A stretch of 64,000 bases of DNA from Octopus vulgaris (lineage: Eukaryota): positions 45,136,001 through 45,200,000 of the forward strand of contig OX597828.1 of NCBI GenBank assembly GCA_951406725.2. Reading direction: 5' to 3'. The translations under genes and the position numbers were made by a program. Positions 53,277-64,000 of the stretch are shown here, one piece after another. Under the pieces are notes generated by a model. That model had not been told where the DNA came from. It saw only the letters and a list, made by a program, of their open reading frames with translations, and made no database searches. The first letter of the stretch is position 1, and each line of letters begins with the position of its first letter.

Positions 53277-53695
53277 TATATTAATAAAAGAATTCCAACC
53301 TTGTCTGATTTTCACGTTTTATTTACAATCTTATAATGATATATTATAAGATAATATATTATAATTGAATAAAATAAAATGAAATAGTAGAAGTTAAATA
53401 TTCATTCTGATTGAACATTAACTGCATCTCGGTTCATTAGTAGTGTTGACAGTCATGCTTCACAATTTTTGACTGTCAAAAATTGTGAAGCATGACTGTC
53501 AACACTACTACATGAACCCGAAGATTGCAGAATTCAATGCATGAAAGTACTAGTTCAATCAGAATGATATATTTAACATTCTACTATTTCATTTTATTTT
53601 ATTCAATTATAATATATTATCTTATAATATATCATTATAAGATTGTAAATAAAACGTGAAAATCAGACAAGGTTGGAATTCTTTTTATTAATATA
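53277..53695. repeat. Palindrome with ~200-bp arms and a 1-nt centre (53474)
   Basis: ...gcttcacaatttttgac t gtcaaaaattgtgaagc...; the outer arms match, and the left arm has several small deletions. Confidence 0.93.
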
Positions 53696-53727
53696 TGTAT
53701 ATATATATATACATATACATACACATG

Positions 53728-53763
<36 letters not shown>

Positions 53764-53784
53764 TGTATGCAGGTATGTATATTG

Positions 53785-54075
53785 CATGATCATGTGATCT
53801 ACTAGCCTGCTGGATATTGCAATACACCATTGGTCACAATGAGCTTTGCGTCGTTTTAAATTAGGTATGATGCCTCCTCATTGGCTAAGAGAGTAGGCCA
53901 ACAATCTTTCTGATTGGAAAGTTAGTCTGTCACAAGGTGACCCACTTACAGCTGAGTGGACTGGAGCAACATGAAATGTTTTGCTCAAGAACACTGTGCT
54001 GCTTGGTTTAGAAACCGAACCCATGATCCAGTGGTTGTGGGTGCAGCCCTTTAACCACTAAGCCATGTGCCTTTC
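53785..54075 (-). mobile_element. SINE family E, diverged; its 3' part also occurs at 49250-49372 (+)
   Basis: tRNA-like head at ~54075; ttgctccagtccactcagctg core; 3' end ...cattgtgacca...tcacgtgat. Confidence 0.65.
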
Positions 54076-54095
54076 CATGTATGTATGTGTGTATG

Positions 54096-54176
<81 letters not shown>

Positions 54177-55804
54177 TGTCATCATCTTATATCTACATTC
54201 GATGCTGCAATGAGATGGTCTGACAGGAACCAATAGCCAAAGGAGTTTGCTAAGCTCAAATGTCTACTTTGGCATGGTTTCTAAGTGTGTGTGTGTGTAC
54301 CTGCATGTGTGTGTATGCGTATTGAACTGGAAGAATGAGTATGGAAAACCAGAAAGTTGGACAAAGGATTTTTTAAATAGAAATTTTGATCTCTCTCTGG
54401 AACCCAAGGTTTCCTTATGACAAAGATCAACACTTTTTAATCAGAATTCAAAATGCGTATGAAACTCAGCAAATTAAAGTTGTTTAATATACAGGCAAAT
54501 GATAACCATATGCATTTATATATGCAAATGCTTATGCACATGAGTGTCTGTATAAGTGTGTCTTGGGGGTGACGTCTGAGACCTGGACATAATTTCTGTT
54601 TCCTAAATTCCATTCACAAGTCAGTATTCAAGCAAGGAGACTGGAGTAAATACTTATGCAATGCAACAAATAGTGGCACACTGTGGAGCAGTGTGGGACA
54701 CTGTAGGGATGCGTGGAATACTGTGGAGCAGTGTGACACACTGTCAAATCAAACTCAGAACCATTTGGTTGTATAAAGATCATTTTTTCCATAGCTATGC
54801 TTGTCTAATATTTGCCTTTCTCTCTGAGAAAAAGAGTTCAAATACTGTAAAGTGTAAAGCAGAAGCTTTTAGACTTTCTCCATAGAATGGTACAGTGAAT
54901 AAATTATTAAAATACCATATATATTCATATAAAGATGGAGATAACAATAACTGGGACATTACTGATCAAAAGTTTACATCCATACATGTGCATACCTGCA
55001 CCCTCCAAAATACATGCATGACTTCTTTTCAAATTTTCTAAGTGCTCTGTTACTTAAGTTTCATGTTTCCATTACCTAACGATAGGAAAAATAAAATTTC
55101 TTCTAATGGCCTTTGTTGAAATTAACAGGTTAAAAAAACTTAGAATCATTATAAGCACTATTTGACTCACTGAGACTCCTTATCTCTCATTTATAAAATT
55201 ATATGTACTCTTATCTATGTAACTACCTACATATCTGCCTGCCTGTCTGTCTGCCTGTCTATCTATCTATTTATCTATGTGTTTGTCTCTCTGAGTGTCT
55301 ATCTATCTTTCTCTGTGTGTATGCATGTATGCATGTGTGGATGTGTGTATGTGCGTGTGCATGTATCTATGTGTGTATGTATGTGCATGTATGCATGCAT
55401 GTGTGTGTGTATATGTACATATGTATTTGTATATATACACACACACACATGTATGTATGCATGTGTGTATGTGTATACGTACATATGTATTTATATATAT
55501 ACACACACACACACATATATATATATGTGTATGTATATATGTACATACAGACAGACAAACACACACACACACACATGCACACACATACACTAAACATCAT
55601 GTAAACGTATAATGAAATGAAATCAAAATAATTCACAACATTATACAAATATTTATTGATGTTTTTTTTGAGCTGTTTATTTGCTTCTTCAGTTTTTATT
55701 TTTAGTTTTCTTTCTCTTATCTTGTTTTTCCTTTATTATTCTCTTCTTAAAATATTTTCCTGAGATTTACTCCTAAAAAGTCATTCCACATACATAAACA
55801 CACC

Positions 55805-55873
<69 letters not shown>

Positions 55874-55911
55874 CACACACATATATATGTATATATACAC
55901 ATTTATATATG

Positions 55912-55983
<72 letters not shown>

Positions 55984-56089
55984 TATATATATCAACAATG
56001 ACAACAGCAACAAAAACACAAACATCAAAATCATCCAACAGCAACAGATTTAATCAGGATATAGAAAAAAATTAAAGTGATAACGGCAT

Positions 56090-56960
<871 letters not shown>

Positions 56961-57307
56961 TTTACTACTACTAAATAATTAAGAAAGATAATAACAACAG
57001 CGATGACAACACCAACAACATCAACAACAAACAACATCCATAACACTAACAACCGTGAAAGTCAGTAAAAGAAATTGTGTTATTTACATAGAATAATATT
57101 AAGAAAAAATATAAAAATTTCTTAAAAGTGATGCAAAAAAATATGATAAAAATTGTAAAAAAAAAAAAAAATTGAGAAAAATATGAAAGTGAAATTGCTT
57201 TTTGTTTTTTTTTTTTACTTTCTTATATTTTCTTGAAGAACATGCTAGTTAGAAAGGTAAAAAAAAAAAATATATATATAATGCTATAAAGTAGCTTTAA
57301 CACTGAC

Positions 57308-57316
57308 CTGTAGCAT
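57308..57316 (-). CDS. Candidate 9-nt microexon (MLQ in phase 0, DAT in phase 1)
   Basis: tctcgctctcctttcatcttcttcag|ATGCTACAG|gtcagt; very long upstream pyrimidine tract; CTAAC and GCATG ~55-65 nt downstream. Confidence 0.65.
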
Positions 57317-57540
57317 CTGAAGAAGATGAAAGGAGAGCGAGAAAGAGAGAGGAAAAAATGTAGAAAAGAGAAAGACAAAAAACTGAAAGCAAGAGAAAGA
57401 AAGAGAGAAAGAGATAGAGAGAATGAAAAAGTGCGAGTGAAGAAAGAGAGATATGATGATAAAATTGTCAAAGATTTAATACATTTTAATAGTATTAATA
57501 TGCTGTCCTCGTGCCTAAATCAGAAACATTATTATTATCA

Positions 57541-57614
<74 letters not shown>

Positions 57615-57621
57615 GTTATTA

Positions 57622-57840
57622 GGGTGGTGAGCTGGTAGAATTGTTAGCACATTGAGGCAGAATGATTGGCATCATTTTGTCTGTCTTTACATTCTGAGTT
57701 CAGATTCTGCTAAGGTGGACTTGGCTTTTCAACCTTTTGGGTTTGATAAATTAAGTACCAGTTAAATACTGGGGTTGATGTAATTGACTATCACCCTCCC
57801 ACCAAAATTCAGGCCTTGTGCCTATAGCAGAAAAGGATTA
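57622..57840 (+). mobile_element. SINE family C
   Basis: Matches the 14287 and 15046 copies; another copy lies at ~59190-59390. Confidence 0.8.
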
Positions 57841-58024
57841 TTATCTTGATCTGATTATTATCTATATAAATTTCATTTATTTTTACTATAATTGATTAGT
57901 TATCAGATATTATTATTAGCTAAGTGGACTTGGCTTTTACCTTTTATGATAAATTAGTATAAATACTTATGTAATTACTATTATTATTATACAAGAGACA
58001 AAGACATATGTATCTTGATCATAC

Positions 58025-58071
<47 letters not shown>

Positions 58072-58469
58072 TATTACTGTTATTATTAATGCCATGTTAT
58101 TACTATATGACAATTGTCATTTATTTTTAGAACTATAATTATGATTGCGAAAGCCAGTATGGAAACATGTCAGATTGTGTTTTCAATTAAAGCATACACA
58201 CACACAAATATCCAGCATATATATACATACTAGCTCACACACATGCATGCATACACACACACACACATATGCATGCACACACAAATACTCATGTGTCTAT
58301 ATATAAACACATGCTCACACATATACACACACAAAGAGCACAGACACAAACATACACAGAGACACAAGACATATGGTTCTAAGATACCATCATCTTCATC
58401 GTCATCATCATCATCATCATCATCCTCATCATCATCATCATCATCCTCCTCCTCCTCCTCCTCCTCCTC

Positions 58470-59160
58470 ATCATCATCATTTAACATGTTTTGTCCATGC
58501 TGGAATGGGTTAGATAGCTTGACCAGGGCTGATAAGTTGAAGGGTTGCACCAGACTCCAGTCCTATTTGGCATGGTTTCTACAGTTGGACGCCCTTCCTA
58601 ACTGAAGTTACACATCCATCAGAGCATACTGGCTTGATTCTTTGTGAGCTTACGCATGTCCTCAGCAGTCACAGCCCATATTTCACTGCCATGAAGTATG
58701 GCTGTTCGTACACATGCATCATACAGTCTACCTTTTACTCTGAGCGAGAGGCCCTTTGTCACCAGCAGAGGTAAGAGCTCTCTGAACTTTACCCAACCAC
58801 TCTGAGAGTGTAATGGGTCTTTTCACATGCCAACAGCATTGGTGCCAGTTATGTGGCTCCAGTATCTTCCACAACTACGATTTCGCTTGGTTTGATGGGA
58901 CTTCTGTTCAAGCATAGAGTACTGTCAAAGGTCACAGTCATTTCTCATTGCCTCTCTGAGGCCCAAAGCTCAGAAGGTACTTTTTACATGCCAGTGGTAG
59001 GGGTGCTAGTCATGTGACACCAGCATCAACCATGGCTATGATTTCACTTGGCTCAAAAGATCTTCTCAAGCATAGTATAATGCAAAAGGTCTTGGTCACT
59101 AGTCATTGCCTCCATGAGGCCCATCATTTGGAGATCATGCTTTACCACCTCATCCCATGT
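58470..59160 (-). mobile_element. Nested RTE fragments including a coding remnant
   Basis: Minus translation of ~58610-58795 is WVKFRELLPLLVTKGLSLRVKGRLYDACVRTAILHGSEIWAV, lying within an RTE 3' UTR copy. Confidence 0.8.
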
Positions 59161-59695
59161 CTTTCTCAATATATCTTCCACATTAAGGAGGTGAGCTGGC
59201 AGAAACATTAGCATGCTGGGCGAAATGCTTAATGATATTTCGTCTGTCTTTATATTCTGAGTTCAAATTCTGCTGAGGTTGACTTTGCCTTTCATCTTTT
59301 CGGAGTCAATAAATTAAGTACCAGTTGCATACTGGGGTTGATCTAATCGACTGGCCAATTTTCGTGCTTTCTGCCTAGAGTAGTAAAGAATATATCCTCC
59401 ACATTCTATCTCACCAAGCATGGGTTTGCTACATCCGTTACTGCAAAAATTATCTGCTTTTAATCTTTAATATCTTACTTCTTACAGTCATTGTACTGTG
59501 GATAAGCTGGTACACCACTTTCAAGGGGTTAGTTAATCAAACCAACCCCAGCACTGGGTCTCTTTTGCCAAACAGCTAAATACAGTGCCAGCATGGTTGT
59601 CAAGTTGTGGTGAGACAAACACAGCAAAAATGCAAAGACACACACACATATGTTGTATATATGTATATATAATATATATATATCTATATATATGA

Positions 59696-60083
59696 GGTGC
59701 AGGAGTGGCTGTGTGGTAAGTAGCTTGCTTACCAACCATATGGTTCTGGGTTCAGTCCAACTGCATGGCACCTTGGGCAAGTGTTTTCTACTATAGCTTT
59801 GAGCTTTGTGAATGGATTTGGTAGACAGAAACTGAAAGAAGCCTGTCGTATATATGTATATGAGTGTGTTTGTGTCTGTGTTTTGTCCCCCACCCCACAA
59901 TATCGCTTGACAACCGATGCTGGTGTGTTTACGTCCCCGTAACTTAGCAGTTCGGTAAAAGAGACCAATAGAATAAGTACTAGGCTTACAAAGAATAAGT
60001 GCTGGGGTCAATTTCCTCGACTAAAGGTGGTGCTCCAGCATGGCCACTGTCAAATGACTGAAACAAGTTAAAGTTTTAAAGAG
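59696..60083 (+). mobile_element. SINE family A, full length
   Basis: Matches 3240-3648. Confidence 0.88.
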
Positions 60084-60348
60084 TATATATAAATATATAT
60101 ATATATATATAGATAGATAGATAGACAGACATATAATTGTTTATAGTATCTTTATAACTATAACAAACATTTTTAATCCTTATTTCTATACTCTTATTGC
60201 TTGCTCTCACAGGATATTTCTGAATATGATGAATTTTTATTAGAAATTATTTTTTTCCTTTTGGACTCCTCAAAATGTTTGAATTGTTCTACTTGAACCT
60301 ATATTTTTCTCACATATCTATACATATATACATTCATACATACACACA

Positions 60349-60394
<46 letters not shown>

Positions 60395-60475
60395 TATATG
60401 TATATATGTGTGTGTGCGTGTGTGTGTGTGTATATATATGTGTGTGTATGTGTGTGTGTGTCTGTTAATATATGT

Positions 60476-60720
60476 GGAGGCGTGTGGCTTAGTGGTTAGG
60501 GTGTCAGCATTATGATTGTAAGATTGTGGTTTCGATTCCTGTACCAGGTGACGCATTGTGTTCTTGAGCAAAACACTTCATTTCATGTTGCTCCAATCCA
60601 CTCAGCTGGCAAAAATGAGTAATGCTGCAATGGACTGGCGACCCATCCAGCTGGGGTACACACAGACGCCATAGAAACCGGGTCCATGAGCCTGGCTAGG
60701 CTTTAAAAGGGTGCATTTAT
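60476..60720 (+). mobile_element. SINE family E-like
   Basis: ggaggcgtgtggcttagtggttagggtgtcagc...ggtttcgattcc...ttgctccaatccactcagctg. Confidence 0.8.
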
Positions 60721-60998
60721 TTATTATTATGTTTATGTATATTGGGCTCATTTTGGTTTTTGTTTATCAGCTCCATTCACAAAAATCTTATCAACCCAGG
60801 GCTATAGTAGAAGACATTTGCTCAAGGGGCTGCATAGCAGGGTTGAACCTGATGCTACATGGCTGAAAAGCAAGCTTCTTACATGCATAGCTACACCTGT
60901 AAATATGAGGAAGTGAAAAATTTTATAACAATAGACAAAATAACAAGAATTTGCAGATTGTGTACCAGACACACATGCACACACACAAAAACACACAC

Positions 60999-61038
<40 letters not shown>

Positions 61039-61079
61039 GTATATACACATTTATACAGGTGCATCCATAAACATGTGTA

Positions 61080-61128
<49 letters not shown>

Positions 61129-61360
61129 GCATATTTACACATATATATATGTTTGTGTATGCATACATGTATGTGCGTATATATATACATATACATATAT
61201 ATATATGTACATACACACACACATATATATATACATAAATATATATACAATATATGTATGTGTATATACATATATACGCACAAACACACACAGATATATA
61301 TATGCATATGTATGTATACAAGCACATATATAGACGCACATGTATATATGTGCATATCTA

Positions 61361-61402
<42 letters not shown>

Positions 61403-61581
61403 CTGGTCAAGTGTTCTTTGAATATTGGGAGAAAATGAGATGGTCTTTGCTGAAATGTATTTGATCATAGTTCTCATTGATCTTGAGTTGACCTGGGGTT
61501 AAATAATTATACAGACTGAAAAAAATTGTAGCCAAAAATGCGGATATGTAAATAAAAATGTGGAAGGATAAACATAGAAAG

Positions 61582-61617
<36 letters not shown>

Positions 61618-61751
61618 TGCACACACATATATATTCTGACAGATATATACATTATTGCATACATAGCTAATATCCACACACATATATATACATAATCACA
61701 AACATATATATATATATATATATAATCACAAACACACTCACACATGCATAC

Positions 61752-61805
<54 letters not shown>

Positions 61806-62022
61806 TCTCAACTACACTGAAAATTATTGAGAAAAAATGCTGAAGAAAAACACAAGTGTAGATATACAATTACATTCATAATACGCATGTATGTTTAAAC
61901 GCACTAGACATACTTGTGCATACAGAGACACATATATGCACATACGTATACGTACATATATGTATATATATATATATTTGTGTGTAGTATATATGTGTGT
62001 GAGTGTGTGTATATGTATATAT

Positions 62023-62138
<116 letters not shown>

Positions 62139-62149
62139 TAATATATATA

Positions 62150-62520
<371 letters not shown>

Positions 62521-62539
62521 GTGAAATGCAGATACTTAC

Positions 62540-62604
62540 TTATGAAATCAAACACAAAGATACAAATTTGAAAATATCAAAGGATGTTGTTTTGAAGAAG
62601 ATTT
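62540..62604 (-). CDS. Candidate 65-nt stop-containing exon (phase 1: [21 protein letters not shown])
   Basis: ttttcctgttgtttattctggttcttcacag|AAATCT...TCATAA|gtaagt; both splice sites are strong; stops occur in all three frames. Confidence 0.5.
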
Positions 62605-62725
62605 CTGTGAAGAACCAGAATAAACAACAGGAAAATAAGAAGAGAGAGAGAGAGAGACAGAATACACACACGCATACATAGATACATACATACATGCATA
62701 CATATACACACACACACACACACAC

Positions 62726-62781
<56 letters not shown>

Positions 62782-63102
62782 GCAGATAGTGTATGAAAGA
62801 GAGTGAAAAAAGGAATAAAAATCTAAGAAAGAGAATGTAATAAAAGTTAAATAATAAAAACTTAAATGACGAGAATAAAATAACGAGAAACCTTGTCACA
62901 ACAACAACAACAAGAACAACTGAATCGAGAAGAACAAAGGGAGATTGCAAGAGGTTGTATATCGCATGTGATAAATAAATAGGATATCACATGCTAATAT
63001 TACGTCTGTAGAATTCAATGTGGTACACATAGATTTACAAACACGCACTAATGATATGTGTGTGTGTGTGAACTTATGTTAAAGGCAGAGATAAACAGGC
63101 TT

Positions 63103-63157
<55 letters not shown>

Positions 63158-63241
63158 CTATATACATACAATTTCCTAGTTTCGGAAAGAAGCTATTGTA
63201 AATATACAATGTCTAGTCTTTTAACTGTCTATGTATGTGTA

Positions 63242-63306
<65 letters not shown>

Positions 63307-63340
63307 CATATACACACACAAACACACACAAACATATATA

Positions 63341-63620
63341 TTGTTTGTTCCTTCTCAAGCCATGCCTGGATCATAAGGGCTGGTTTCTCAGTTTCCTTGG
63401 CGTATAGGTTCCCCATCGCAGGTGAGCTGCAAGATGCAGGAGGAAAGAGTGAGAGAAAGTTGTGGCGAAAGAGTCAGCAGAAGTTTGTCATTACCTTCTG
63501 CCGGAGCCATGTGTAGCCTAGATGTTTCGCTCATAAACACACACATCCCCTGGTCTGAGATTCGAACCCGCAATCCCTCGACTGCGAGTCTTCTGCTCTA
63601 ACCACTAGGCCATGTGCCTC
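63341..63620 (-). mobile_element. SINE family D
   Basis: Reverse complement of 39259-39558. Confidence 0.88.
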
Positions 63621-63625
63621 CATAC

Positions 63626-63658
<33 letters not shown>

Positions 63659-63687
63659 TATATATATTTATATATACATATATATAT

Positions 63688-63990
63688 GGCCGTCCACTCG
63701 TGACTGAGGAAGACCATTGCCGACCTTCAGGAAAATTGTGCGCTCTAGGACTAACTTATATTTTGCATTTGCGACTCCGTTGGTGGCTAATGATCCCTGC
63801 TCTTGACAAGCATACACGACTGCAAACATTGCAGACCAAGCTTTCCCCATTCACTATACAAGCCGTGCGCTCTCGCACAGCTCGCTTAAGTGTCGATTCC
63901 CTCCTTAACCTGCTTCCTCCATCCGTGGCGATGACAGGCATTGTTCTCCCAGTCAGTGTCCTGCCTGTTTTATGCAATACATACCAATAC
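63688..63990 (-). mobile_element. RTE/BovB-like LINE 3' end with C2H2-like finger
   Basis: LVCNVCSRVCLSRAGIISHQRS followed by a short 3' UTR ending at (TA)n. Confidence 0.65.
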
Positions 63991-64000
63991 ATAAATCTAA

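Noticed and set aside
62892-62919. Minus-strand cysteine-string mini-exon (CSCCCCCDK)
   Set aside because: Largely a (TTG)n microsatellite with a weak gtttct donor.

Overview
This is AT-rich eukaryotic genomic DNA that is non-coding almost throughout. Its repeat content (tRNA-derived SINEs with an internal (TA)n(TG)n tract, RTE LINE 3' ends with (GAT)n tails, very dense microsatellites) looks like a coleoid cephalopod, most likely Octopus; this is an inference. Nearly all ORF-track entries are microsatellite or SINE artefacts. Recognisable protein remnants are decayed retroelements: RTE, a Dong/R4-type RLE LINE beside (TAA)n, an L1/Tx1-type LINE, and two Penelope-like GIY-YIG fragments. The most interesting signal is on the minus strand. 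It carries a series of very short candidate exons (9, 9, 14, 18, 21, 48, 51 and 63 nt) with canonical splice sites, plus several candidate alternative last exons. Two of these can end in a CaaX box, and one reads as CaaX in one frame and a PDZ ligand in another. This suggests the window is the intron-rich, alternatively spliced part of one large gene that I cannot name. Also present are minimal hammerhead ribozyme motifs and several long fold-back inverted repeats. All exon calls are by eye and need RNA-seq. Repeat boundaries are approximate.
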